Below, piece after piece: positions 1 to 9,475 of a DNA stretch of 64,000 nt. Position numbers and translations under genes: made by a program. The stretch's first letter is position 1. Each line of letters opens with the position of its first letter. The DNA lies in NCBI GenBank assembly GCA_963733035.1, contig CAVTBU010000005.1:2752001-2816000 (forward strand), read 5' to 3'. Below the pieces are notes generated by a model. It did no database searches and was not told the origin of the DNA. It saw nothing but the letters and a program-made list of their open reading frames with translations. The stretch comes from Pirellulales bacterium. GTDB lineage: Bacteria > Planctomycetota > Planctomycetia > Pirellulales > PALSA-1355.

Positions 1-140
1 AATTACACCGCTTGAAGCGGCGAAAAAGGGTCCCAAAACGGAGCTTCCGAGCGGGCCGCCAGCGGCTCCCGACGAGCCGCGACAGTAGGACGCTTTTATC
101 AACCCGAACCGCTTGTCAAGCGGCGACAAACGGGCCGCGC

Positions 141-178
141 AAAAAAAGGCCGAGCCTGATGGGGAGTCAGGCCCGGCC
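141..178 (-). terminator. Intrinsic terminator (minus strand) of a putative sRNA
   Basis: Minus strand reads GGCCGGGCCTGA-CTCCCCA-TCAGGCTCGGCC-TTTTTTT. The 12-bp stem is fully paired (one G-U) only on the minus strand and is followed by U7. Confidence 0.75.
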
Positions 179-345
179 GGGGTGGGAGTTCGCTTTGGAG
201 GGATTCGTAGTCAGCCGAGGTGTCGTTGGCGGGAGACGCGCCCCCAGGGGGGACCAGGGCGCGTCCTGTTCATGCAGCGTGGGGTTCGATGCACGGCTCT
301 CCAATCGGAGGGCGAAGTGCGTTGCTCTTGCGTTCGTTGGAGAAG
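141..345 (-). ncRNA. Candidate small RNA with several C-rich hairpin loops (5' end uncertain)
   Basis: No credible ORF. Hairpins at 148-178, 235-265 and 273-293 have minus-strand loops CTCCCCA, TCCCCCC-containing and AACCCCA, ending in a terminator. Confidence 0.4.
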
Positions 346-690
346 CTCGCTCGGGGGCCGCTTCCGACCACCGCCGGCGTGCTGCCCGCACAACAGTCAT
401 CGACGCTACGACCGCTGTGCTGCAAAAGGAAATCGGTGTGTGACACAACCGGCAGAGGCGGTCAACTTTTCCCAGGTTCCACGACACGATCCACCCCCAC
501 CGGTCATGCGCTTCGGGTAAGATCTGCGGCCGGTGGCGGGCTCGCTAGCAGACCTCCGGGGTACTGAACCTGCGTCAATTGCGGGCGTGTAGCTGCCGAC
601 GTCTTGCCGAAGGTCGTCCACCGACGTGACAATCGGGGCTGACTTTGGCGGCCAGGACCGTTCGATCGCCTCTTACCATGCGGGCTCGCA

Positions 691-1815
691 ATGAATTCTG
701 CCTTTGATTCCACGTTGGACCTGAATATCCACCCGCGGCTGCCTCGCGATCGAACGGTCGGGATTGGTTGCATCGGTGCGGGTTTCATCATGGCCGATTG
801 CCATCTGGTGGCCTATCGCCAGGCGGGACTGAACCCGGTGGCAATCAGTTCGCGACGTCCCGAACAGGCGCGCGAGGTTGCAGCCCGGCACGACATCGCC
901 CGGACATATGACTCCTACCCTGAATTGCTGGCCGATCCGGCGGTGGAGGTGGTCGACGTGGCCGTGCCACCGGACGTTCTGCTGGAGGTCATCGGCGAGG
1001 TGGTGACGCACGGCGACCATGTTCGCGGCGTGCTGGCGCAAAAGCCGCTGGGCACCAGCTATGCCCAGGCATGCCAGATCGTCGAGCTCTGCCGTTCGGC
1101 CGAAATCGCGTTGGCCGTGAATCAAAACATGCGCTATGACCAGTCGGTGCGCGCCTGCAAAACGCTGCTTGACCGTGGCGAGCTGGGCGAACCGGTACTA
1201 GCGACGGTCGACATGCGGGCAATTCCGCACTGGATGCCTTGGCAGCAGCGGCAAGGTTGGGTGACGCTGAGGATCATGAGCATTCATCACCTCGACACGT
1301 TTCGCTACTGGTTTGGCGACCCCAAGCGCGTGTATGCCAGCGTGCGGCCCGACCCGCGCACCGCGCGGCAGTTTGCTCACGAGGATGGTATCTGTTTGTA
1401 CATCCTCGAATACGAGAGCGGCTTGCGGGCAGCGTCGTGCGATGATGTGTGGACCGGCCCGGCGCGGGAAGGAGCGGCGGCCGACCTGGGCATTCGCTGG
1501 CGTGTGGAAGGGACTGCGGGGTTGGCCATTGGCACGATCGGCTGGCCCAAATATCCCGAGCGCGCCCCAAGCACGCTAGACTTCACCACCACGGCCCGCG
1601 GCCCGGATTGGATCCGCCCACGCTGGGACGCGGTGTGGTTTCCCGACGCGTTCGCCGGACCGATGGCCGAGCTACTATGCGGCCTCGAAGAAGGCCGGCA
1701 AAGTGCATTCAACGGCAGCGACAACCTGCACACCATGGCCCTGGTCGAAGCTTGCTACCAATCGGCGCGCGAGCATCGGGCGGTGGAACTGGCCGAGGTG
1801 CTGAACTCCAGATAG
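691..1815 (+). CDS. Gfo/Idh/MocA family oxidoreductase
   Basis: Rossmann motif [16 protein letters not shown] (EKP-like) motif, NQNMRY, and IHHLD catalytic motif. Confidence 0.9.
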   Translation: MNSAFDSTLDLNIHPRLPRDRTVGIGCIGAGFIMADCHLVAYRQAGLNPVAISSRRPEQAREVAARHDIARTYDSYPELLADPAVEVVDVAVPPDVLLEVIGEVVTHGDHVRGVLAQKPLGTSYAQACQIVELCRSAEIALAVNQNMRYDQSVRACKTLLDRGELGEPVLATVDMRAIPHWMPWQQRQGWVTLRIMSIHHLDTFRYWFGDPKRVYASVRPDPRTARQFAHEDGICLYILEYESGLRAASCDDVWTGPAREGAAADLGIRWRVEGTAGLAIGTIGWPKYPERAPSTLDFTTTARGPDWIRPRWDAVWFPDAFAGPMAELLCGLEEGRQSAFNGSDNLHTMALVEACYQSAREHRAVELAEVLNSR

Positions 1816-1936
1816 CGGCTTTCGTGCCGGTCGGCGAGCAACTGGCGAACCTTTTCGGCCAGGTTTTACCGCGATTTGGGTGAACGTCGCGGATCCATAG
1901 TGCGCCACTAGTATTCATCAGGAAAGGCTTCCGAAA

Positions 1937-2509
1937 ATGTGGACTGACATGTTCGACCTCGATTTGCCCGTGCTCGAGAAAATCCTTCGACCCGTCATCG
2001 TTTATGCGTTCTTGCTGGTCGGGTTGCGATTGGCCGGCAAGCGCGAATTGGCGCAGCTCAATGCCATGGACCTCGTGGTGTTGCTGATGATTGCCAACAC
2101 GGTGCAGAACTCGATCATCGGCAACGACAATTCGCTTATCGGCGGCGTCATTGGCGCGGCCACTTTGCTGGCGCTGAACTACGTCGTCGTGCGGTTCCTG
2201 TTTACCCATCCCCGCTTCGACGAGTTGGTCGAAGGCTCTCCCACGAAGCTCATTGACCACGGCCAATTGAACCGCGGGCGAATGCAACGCGAGTTGGTCA
2301 CCCGGTCGGAACTCGAAGTTGCCGCCCATCGTCAGGGGTTCGGATCGCTGCGCGAAGTCGATCAAGCCGTACTTGAGCCGAGCGGCGTCTTCTCGTTCAT
2401 CGGCAAAGAACCCACTCCAGCCGAGGCCATGCGCCGGGAACTCGTCGCCAAGCTCGATGAAGTCAGCCGGCAGCTGGCCGATGTGAAATCCGCACTGGGC
2501 GGCCGATGA
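1937..2509 (+). CDS. DUF421/YetF family membrane protein
   Basis: RLAGKRELAQL..DLVVLL motif, three TM helices, EGSPTKLIDHG, and C-terminal AVLEPSG. Confidence 0.85.
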   Translation: MWTDMFDLDLPVLEKILRPVIVYAFLLVGLRLAGKRELAQLNAMDLVVLLMIANTVQNSIIGNDNSLIGGVIGAATLLALNYVVVRFLFTHPRFDELVEGSPTKLIDHGQLNRGRMQRELVTRSELEVAAHRQGFGSLREVDQAVLEPSGVFSFIGKEPTPAEAMRRELVAKLDEVSRQLADVKSALGGR

Positions 2510-2596
2510 TTCACGCGGTACGCCCATGTCCATGGAACTTCGGAAATGGGCCGTCCCTGGATCATCTTGCGGACTCCATGCCCCTGGAAATGCGTC

Positions 2597-3469
2597 TCAG
2601 AGTTCGCGGTCGTCCACCTCAAACGTGTCGCCGTCCTCGAGGCGGCCACTCTTGAAGCCACGAGTAAACCAGCGGACGCGCTGTTGGCTGGTCCCGTGCG
2701 TGAAAGCGTCGGGAACGACGTAGCCTTGCGACTGCCGCTGCAGCCGATCGTCGCCGATCGCACTGGCTGCCCGGAGCGCCTCTTCGATGTCCCCTTCCTC
2801 GAGGATGCGGAACTCTTTCTGCGCGTGATGGGCCCATACGCCGGCCAAAAAGTCGGCCTGCAGTTCCAGACGTACCGAGAGCTTGTTGTAAGCCGCCTGG
2901 CTGATCCGGCCTCGCTGCCGTGCGACTTGTTCGGAGATGCCGAGCTGGTTTTGCACGTGATGCCCAATTTCATGGGCAATCACGTAGGCCTGGGCAAAAT
3001 CCCCCGGCGCTCGAAAGCGATTTTGCAACTCGCGGAAGAAACTCAAGTCGAGATAGACTTTCTGATCGGCAGGACAGTAGAACGGGCCGACGGCCGCACT
3101 GGCCAGGCCACAGGCCGAATTCACTTGGCCGCTGAACAAGACCAGCGTCGGGTCGCGATAGCGGCGTCCCATCTCCGTAAACTGCTCGGCCCAAACGTCC
3201 TCGGTGCTTGCCAGAACGACGCGCACAAACTGCGTCGTCTCGTCCTCCGGCTCGTTCGGATCCCGCTGTTGCACGGCGGGGCCTCCGCCCGCCCCGCCCG
3301 GTTGAATCCCTCCGGGGCCGAACAGCGCCTGAGGATCGACACCCAGAAATAGCATCAACAGAATAATCGCCAGCGTCCCCAGTCCGCCGGTGATAACCAC
3401 GGGCCCCCCGGCCCGAGTGCCGCGGCGATCCTCGACGTTGTCGCTTTGCCGTCCACCACGCCAACGCAT
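2597..3469 (-). CDS. ypfJ: YpfJ-like neutral zinc metallopeptidase
   Basis: MRWRGGRQSDNVEDRR N-terminus, GPFYCPAD, HEIGHH zinc motif, ELQADFLAG, FTHGTS. Confidence 0.9.
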   Translation of the reverse strand: MRWRGGRQSDNVEDRRGTRAGGPVVITGGLGTLAIILLMLFLGVDPQALFGPGGIQPGGAGGGPAVQQRDPNEPEDETTQFVRVVLASTEDVWAEQFTEMGRRYRDPTLVLFSGQVNSACGLASAAVGPFYCPADQKVYLDLSFFRELQNRFRAPGDFAQAYVIAHEIGHHVQNQLGISEQVARQRGRISQAAYNKLSVRLELQADFLAGVWAHHAQKEFRILEEGDIEEALRAASAIGDDRLQRQSQGYVVPDAFTHGTSQQRVRWFTRGFKSGRLEDGDTFEVDDREL

Positions 3470-3496
3470 CGACGTTGTCTCCGAAGTCTGTTCGAC

Positions 3497-3760
3497 TTAC
3501 GCCAATGAATACATTCCGTGGCCGGCGCGCTTGAGCTTTCCTTGTTCGACAAGCGCCTCCCAGACAGCTCGTGGGTACTGATCCGGCGGCGTAATGCCCG
3601 CGATCGACGAGCCGGCGCCCGAGCTCATGGGTCCGCGCCCGATCCTGGAGGCGTCGTCGAGCTGCATCAATTTGAGGCGTTTCTTAAAAGCCTTGAGGGC
3701 GGCCTTGAGCACCTCGGGGGCAGGTGCCTGTTCGGCAGGTTGGTCAGGTGTGTCGGTCAT
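3497..3760 (-). CDS. Small hypothetical protein (87 aa)
   Basis: Protein-like ORF (LKAALKAFKKRLKL...VWEALVEQGKL) between fusA and ypfJ; ATG at 3760 chosen as start. Confidence 0.7.
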   Translation of the reverse strand: MTDTPDQPAEQAPAPEVLKAALKAFKKRLKLMQLDDASRIGRGPMSSGAGSSIAGITPPDQYPRAVWEALVEQGKLKRAGHGMYSLA

Positions 3761-3874
3761 CGGTCTGCTCTCGAACGGTTCGCATTTGCAGCTGGAGAAT
3801 TGTAACCGCCGCCAGGGACCGATCACAACGCGTCAATGCCATGTCCGGCTGGTAAGAAAGGGCTATCGAGCATG

Positions 3875-3903
3875 AAAAAAGCTCCGGCGTTGCGGCCGGA
3901 GCT
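3875..3903 (-). terminator. Intrinsic terminator downstream of fusA
   Basis: AGCTCCGGC/GCCGGAGCT inverted repeat with an A6 run on the + strand (U tract on minus), about 35 nt after the fusA stop. Confidence 0.8.
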
Positions 3904-3937
3904 CGATGAATTTATCGGTGAAAACCGTTTACCCCGG

Positions 3938-6028
3938 TTATTTCGCGCCGACGAGTTGTTGCTTCTTCTTTTCGGCCACGATGTCTTCCTGGATGTTTGT
4001 CGGCACGCGACGGTACTTGGAAAACTCCATGCTGAATGTGCCCTGACCTTGGGTCATGCTCCGCAGGTCGGTCGAGTAGCCAAACGTTTCCGCCAGTGGC
4101 ACTTCGGCTTCAATGGTGGCGAAGTCCCCCTTCATTTCGGTCGACACGATTAAGCCTCGACGGCTGTTCAACTCGCCGGCCACGGTGCCCTGGAATTGGG
4201 AGGGCACTTCGATTTCCATCTTCATCACCGGCTCAAGCAACACGGGCTTGGTCTTCATGAAGGTCTCGCGGAAGCAGCCGCGGGCACACGTCTGGAAGGC
4301 CATGTCCGAACTGTCGACTTCGTGGTAAGAGCCGTCCTCGAGAATCGTCTTGACGCCCACAATTGGGAATTCGGCAAGCGGTCCTTTCTGGAGCGAATCG
4401 CGGAAGCCCTTCTCAACGCTGGGAATATATTCCTTGGGAATACGCCCACCGACGATCTTTTCCTCAAATTCGAACGAAACCTCGGCCTCCTCGGGTAGCG
4501 GCTCGAAGCGGCCTTTGATGTGGGCGAATTGGCCGGAACCGCCGGTTTGCTTTTTGTGCTTGTAGTCGTAGTCGGCGGCCTTGGTCGGGGCTTCGCGGTA
4601 GCTTACCTTGGGTGCGCCAACTTCGACGTCGACGCCGTACTCGCGGCGAATCCGCTCGACGTAGATGTCCAGATGCAACTCGCCCATGCCCGCGATCACG
4701 GTTTCATTGGTCTCTTCGTCGGTAAAGACCCGGAACGTGGGATCCTCGCGGCGGAAACGCTGCAGGGCCTTGCCCATCTTGTCGCTGCCTTCGCGCGACG
4801 TGGGATTGATGGCCATCTTGATGACCGGCTCGGCGATGAACATGCTTTCGAGCACGCAGTACTTGGGCTGCGTGGCGAACGTATCGCCGCTGGCGCAGTC
4901 GATGCCCATCACGGCCACGATGTCGCCTGCGCCTGCGCTGTCGACTTCCTCGCGCTTGTCGGCGTGCATCTTGACGATGCGGCTGAATCGTTGCTTCTGG
5001 CCGGTGCGCTGGTTGAAGTGCAATTCGCCCTTGTTGACGGTGCCCTGGTAAATGCGCATGAACGTCAGTTGGCCGAACGGGTCTTCAACCAACTTGAAGG
5101 CCATGGCCACGAAGGGCTTCGACGGATCGGGCTCAAGCGGGAAATCCTGAGTCGGATCGGCATACTGCTTGGCCTTGACCGGTGCGCCCAGCGGCGACGG
5201 CAAATAGCGAATGATCGCATCCAGCAGCAGCTGCACGCCCTTGTTGCGATAGGCCGTGCCCATGAACACGGGCGTCAGGTCTTGGCCCTGCACGGCATCG
5301 CGCACAATATTGTGGATCAGCTCTTCGCTGATCGGCTCTTCCGAAAGCAACAGCTCCATGAGTTCATCGCTGTACATCGACAGGCTCTCGAGCATCGCCT
5401 GGCGGGCGGCGGTGGCGGCGTCCTGCAACTCGGCCGGAATTGCTTCCTCGCGCACTTTTTCGCCGTTGCTGCCGTCGAAGTAGTTGGCTTTCATCGTGAT
5501 CAGGTCGATCACGCCTTGGAAGTTGTCTTCCTTGCCAATCGGCCACTGCATCAACACGGCGTCGCAGCCCATCTTCTCGCGCACCTGGCCGACGACCTTT
5601 TCGGCGTTGGCCCCAATGCGGTCCATCTTGTTGATGAACGCCAGGCGAGGCACGTGATAGCGCTTCATCTGGCGGTCGACCGTTAGCGACTGCGATTGCA
5701 CGCCCCCCACGCCGCACAGCACCAGAATCGCGCCGTCTAACACGCGCAAACTACGCTCGACCTCGACCGTGAAATCGACGTGCCCCGGGGTGTCGATCAG
5801 GTTGATCGGGTGCCCTTTCCACTCGACGCTCGTGGCGGCGCTGGTAATGGTGATCCCGCGCTCGCGCTCGAGATCCATGTAATCCATCGTGGCGCCGTCG
5901 CCGCCGCCTTTCACTTCGTTGATGCGGTGAATGCGGCCGGCGTAGAACAAGATCCGCTCGCTGAGCGTCGTCTTGCCCGAGTCGATGTGGGCGGAAATAC
6001 CGATATTACGCAGTTTTGTCAGGTCCAT
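3938..6028 (-). CDS. fusA: Elongation factor G (spdEFG1/mtEFG1-like)
   Basis: RNIGISAHIDSGKTT, ERERGITI, DTPGHVDF, NKMD, GMGELHL, KQTGGSGQF, DGSYHEVDSS; 696 aa. Confidence 0.97.
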   Translation of the reverse strand: MDLTKLRNIGISAHIDSGKTTLSERILFYAGRIHRINEVKGGGDGATMDYMDLERERGITITSAATSVEWKGHPINLIDTPGHVDFTVEVERSLRVLDGAILVLCGVGGVQSQSLTVDRQMKRYHVPRLAFINKMDRIGANAEKVVGQVREKMGCDAVLMQWPIGKEDNFQGVIDLITMKANYFDGSNGEKVREEAIPAELQDAATAARQAMLESLSMYSDELMELLLSEEPISEELIHNIVRDAVQGQDLTPVFMGTAYRNKGVQLLLDAIIRYLPSPLGAPVKAKQYADPTQDFPLEPDPSKPFVAMAFKLVEDPFGQLTFMRIYQGTVNKGELHFNQRTGQKQRFSRIVKMHADKREEVDSAGAGDIVAVMGIDCASGDTFATQPKYCVLESMFIAEPVIKMAINPTSREGSDKMGKALQRFRREDPTFRVFTDEETNETVIAGMGELHLDIYVERIRREYGVDVEVGAPKVSYREAPTKAADYDYKHKKQTGGSGQFAHIKGRFEPLPEEAEVSFEFEEKIVGGRIPKEYIPSVEKGFRDSLQKGPLAEFPIVGVKTILEDGSYHEVDSSDMAFQTCARGCFRETFMKTKPVLLEPVMKMEIEVPSQFQGTVAGELNSRRGLIVSTEMKGDFATIEAEVPLAETFGYSTDLRSMTQGQGTFSMEFSKYRRVPTNIQEDIVAEKKKQQLVGAK

Positions 6029-6360
6029 TGTGAACCTCGACCTCTCGCTGTCAGGGTGGGGGAACGCGGTGGTTATAGAACGTCAAACAGGCCCGCGCAT
6101 ACGCTGCACGTCAGCCGCGAAATCTAAGGGGGTCCATCCGCCTGGGCAGTACCGAAAATCCGCCTAGGCGTCGCCAGGGGAGTTGGCCATGCTGGGTTGC
6201 TAGACATAACATATTACGTAGGGATCGGCTTTCAGCAAAGAGCAAATTGGGCAAACTAGCCCCAAGGAGCCTGAAAATTCCGGGAATTGCCGCAGGCTTG
6301 GCAATGGTGGTCCCTCCCCTCGATTGACTTCCGCCCAGCTCGCAACTAGCTTTGCTCCGC

Positions 6361-7173
6361 ATGACCGCACACCACGAAAATGGGCACGCCACGGGCGCTC
6401 ATCAAACGCTCACAAATCCGGCCGGTGGCTCCCGGGCGCCCACCGGCTGGCTGGCCCGTTATCCGTGGGTGCCCTTCGTGGTGCCGTTCGCCGTCTACAT
6501 GCTTTGTGGCTCGCTCGAACCGACTTCCGACAAGCCGTTTAGCTGGCTGGGGGTGTCGATCGAGTATGCCGCTTATCCGCTGGTCTACACGGTCAAAATC
6601 GCGCTCACCCTGGTAGCACTGGCGGTCGTCTGGCCGGCTTACCGGCAATTTCCGTTCCGACTTTCGCCACTGGCACCCCTGGTGGGCGTCGTGGGGGTCG
6701 TCCTTTGGATTGCCATCTGCAAGCTGGAACTCGAGGCCACGCTGCTCAAGCCGCTGGGAATCGGCCAGTTCATCGACCTGGGCCTCCGTGCCGGGTTCAA
6801 TCCACTCGCGGAGATGACCGATCGCCCCGCGCTGGCCTATGGTTTCTTACTCGTTCGCCTGCTGGGTCTGGCTGTGATCGTGCCGCTCATTGAGGAATTT
6901 TTCATTCGTGCATTCGTGATGCGATTTGTCATTGACGTCGATTGGCCGAAGGTGCCATTTGGCACGCTCACCCCCACCGCCGTTCTGGCCGGCACGCTGT
7001 TGCCTGTCCTGATGCATCCGGCGGAACTGTTTGCCGCCGCCGTCTGGTTTACGCTGGTCACTTGGTTGATGTTCAAAACTCGAAATATTTGGGACTGCGT
7101 GCTGGCTCATGCCGTGACCAACGCCTTGCTCGGAGCCTGGGTCTTGCTGAGCGGCGATTGGTATTTCCTCTAG
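6361..7173 (+). CDS. CAAX prenyl protease-related (CPBP/Abi) membrane protein, exosortase-associated type
   Basis: Multi-TM protein with PLIEEFFIRAF and LAHAVTNALLG CPBP motifs, PFVVPFAVY N-terminus and W..F C-terminus. Confidence 0.85.
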   Translation: MTAHHENGHATGAHQTLTNPAGGSRAPTGWLARYPWVPFVVPFAVYMLCGSLEPTSDKPFSWLGVSIEYAAYPLVYTVKIALTLVALAVVWPAYRQFPFRLSPLAPLVGVVGVVLWIAICKLELEATLLKPLGIGQFIDLGLRAGFNPLAEMTDRPALAYGFLLVRLLGLAVIVPLIEEFFIRAFVMRFVIDVDWPKVPFGTLTPTAVLAGTLLPVLMHPAELFAAAVWFTLVTWLMFKTRNIWDCVLAHAVTNALLGAWVLLSGDWYFL

Positions 7174-7355
7174 TTGCGTTGTGTGCAGGGGTCGGCAGCC
7201 CGGTCGGCGTGCGATTGACCCCGGTCGACCGCTCGTTTGGTATGCATTCCTGGCCGACAATTACGATACCCGCGAACCCCTGTGGCCCCTCGGTGTCTTC
7301 AGCGTCTAATACGTCTTTCTTCCTCGGCCTTAGCGGTGTTGCAATCGTGCCAACC

Positions 7356-8204
7356 ATGTCGATTGTTGTGCGACTGGCGGCCGAGCCCGATTGGGTGGCG
7401 GCCGATCAGGTGCTGCGTGCGGCGTTCGAGCGCACTGCCAGCTTCCTGCCCCACTTGCGGCTGCACTGCCGATTCGCAGCCGACTTATTCTTCGTCGCCG
7501 AAGATGCCGGCCAGATCGTGGGCACCGTGGGCGCCGTCGACTACGGCCCGGTGGCCTACGTCGGACTGATGGCCGTCGAGCCAAACCGTCAGCACCAGGG
7601 CATCGCTCGTCGGCTCGTGGAGCACTTGCTCCAGCAGCTCGACGGTCGCGGATGTGCGCGGATCCTGCTCGATGCCACCGACAAGGGCGCGCCACTGTAC
7701 GAGCGTTTCGGATTCGTCGATGACGGCCGCGCTCGCGTCTTTGAGCTGCGCACGATGACAACGGATTCAAACGTCCGAGCCGCGTCGGAAATCTTTACCG
7801 ATGCGAAACTCGAAGAGCTGGTGGCCTGCGACACCAAGTCGTTTGGAGCGCCGCGCGAGCCGTTGCTCGCCGCGCTATTGGACCTGTATCGCGATCGTTT
7901 GCTCGTGGCCCGCGACGCGGCCGGTCGGCTGCAAGGCTACCTGTTCGCCCGCGACCCCACGCTAGGTCCTTGGGTGGCAAGCAGCCGGGACGTGGCCGCC
8001 GCGCTGTTGAGCGCGGCCCTGCGGCTTCCGTTCCTGCACACACCCCACGTGATGGTGCCCCGCTCGAACGACACGGCAGCCGGACTGCTGACCGAATGTG
8101 GCTTCATCGAGCAGCGGAGCCTGCGCCACATGCGCCGCGGCGGCGTCGGGCCCTGCGGCCGGCGGGATAACCTTTTCGGTCAATCGAGCTTCGCGCACGG
8201 GTAG
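7356..8204 (+). CDS. GNAT family N-acetyltransferase (two-domain, YitH-like)
   Basis: MAVEPNRQHQGIARRL acetyl-CoA motif and LDATDKGAPLYERFGF; start reassigned to ATG 7356. Confidence 0.85.
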   Translation: MSIVVRLAAEPDWVAADQVLRAAFERTASFLPHLRLHCRFAADLFFVAEDAGQIVGTVGAVDYGPVAYVGLMAVEPNRQHQGIARRLVEHLLQQLDGRGCARILLDATDKGAPLYERFGFVDDGRARVFELRTMTTDSNVRAASEIFTDAKLEELVACDTKSFGAPREPLLAALLDLYRDRLLVARDAAGRLQGYLFARDPTLGPWVASSRDVAAALLSAALRLPFLHTPHVMVPRSNDTAAGLLTECGFIEQRSLRHMRRGGVGPCGRRDNLFGQSSFAHG

Positions 8205-8411
8205 CACCGATAGGAACGCCAACGCTTGAATCCTCGTCGCTGCGTGCTTACGATGGGTCGAGTTACGGCGTACTTCGCCATTTCTTTTGACAGGGCCTCC
8301 TGGGCAAGCTACTGAATTCGCCAAGCTCGTTTGGTCTGTTGTGTCCGCTGACGCATTCTCTTGCCGCGTCCAACTCTGCTTCCAGGACGTGGCTCTTGCC
8401 GAGGTCCCCAC

Positions 8412-9439
8412 ATGCGGTTCTGTCGCTCGTACATTTGGCGTTGCCGGTTCGTCAATCGGCTCAAATCAATCGTGCTATGCGCGATGGCGCTCGCGTTTTT
8501 CGCGCCCAAGTTCAGGCTGACCTGCTGATCGCCAGTTTGTACACCAACGCCGTTCTGCGATACGACAGTACGACTGGCGCGTTCATCGACGACATCGTTG
8601 CACCAAACTCCGGCGGCTTGACCGCGCCATTCGGTTTGGCTGTCGGTGCCGATCAGCGGCTGTACGTCAGCAGCGAACAGTTAAATAGCATCCTCCGCTA
8701 CGACGCGTCGACAGGTTCCTTTGTCGATGCGTTCGTCCCCAGCAATCCTGTCGGAGCGCTTCAACCACTGAGCATTCATTTCGGACCGGACGGAAACCTC
8801 TATGCCGGCAGCTATCAGACCCATTCCATCGTCAAGTATTCCGCTACCGGCCAGCTCCTGGGTACCGCTGCCACGAATCCAGACATGATTCGGCCGATCG
8901 ATTTTACGTTCGGTCCCGGCGGAGACATTTTCGTCAGTGACAACCAGGCGAACAAAGTATTTGAATTCTCATCCAGCGGACAGTTCATTCGCACGATCGG
9001 CGATGGCTTGGGCGACTGGCAACCGTGGGGCATATCGTTTGGACCCGATGGCGATTTGTACGTTGGCAGTGCGCTAGACGGCAATGTTGAGCGCTTCGAC
9101 GGCACAACGTTCAATGATCTTGGCATATTTGCCACGTCCAGCCCGGATGCGGCGAGCCTTGCATTCGGACCAGATGGCAACCTGTACGTGGCGAGCTGGC
9201 TCTACAACAGTGTCGTTCGTTTTGACGGCCAGACGGGACAATTCATCGATGTTTTCGTGAGTCCGCACAGTGGCGGTTTGAGAGGACCGAAACAAATCCT
9301 CTTCACCACTCAGGTCCCGGAGCCGTCCGGAATCAGCCTCGCGCTAGTTTGCGCGGCATGCGCGCCATATCTGGCGAGTAGCGAGGTGGCGAGAAATCGG
9401 CATCGGTTTCGACGACGGATTAGGCGAAAATCACATTAA
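8412..9439 (+). CDS. Secreted beta-propeller (NHL/Vgb-like) protein with PEP-CTERM sorting signal; 1-nt frameshift near 8505
   Basis: Repeated FGPDGNLYV blades and C-terminal VPEPS + hydrophobic + Arg-rich tail. A signal peptide (MRFCRS...IVLCAMALAFFA) starts at ATG 8412 after GAGG and joins the main frame only if one base is added at about 8505. Confidence 0.8.
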
Positions 9440-9475
9440 GCCCGTGATATTCCGCGTCGCCAAGTAGATCTCGCT

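Noticed and set aside
1..690. Short ORFs of 60-143 aa at the window start
   Set aside because: Arg/Pro-rich, overlapping in all frames and without motifs; the hairpin structure fits non-coding DNA better.
7339..7353. Sigma-54 promoter-like TGGCACGATTGC on the minus strand
   Set aside because: The GG-GC spacing is too short for a -24/-12 promoter and it points away from the adjacent gene start.
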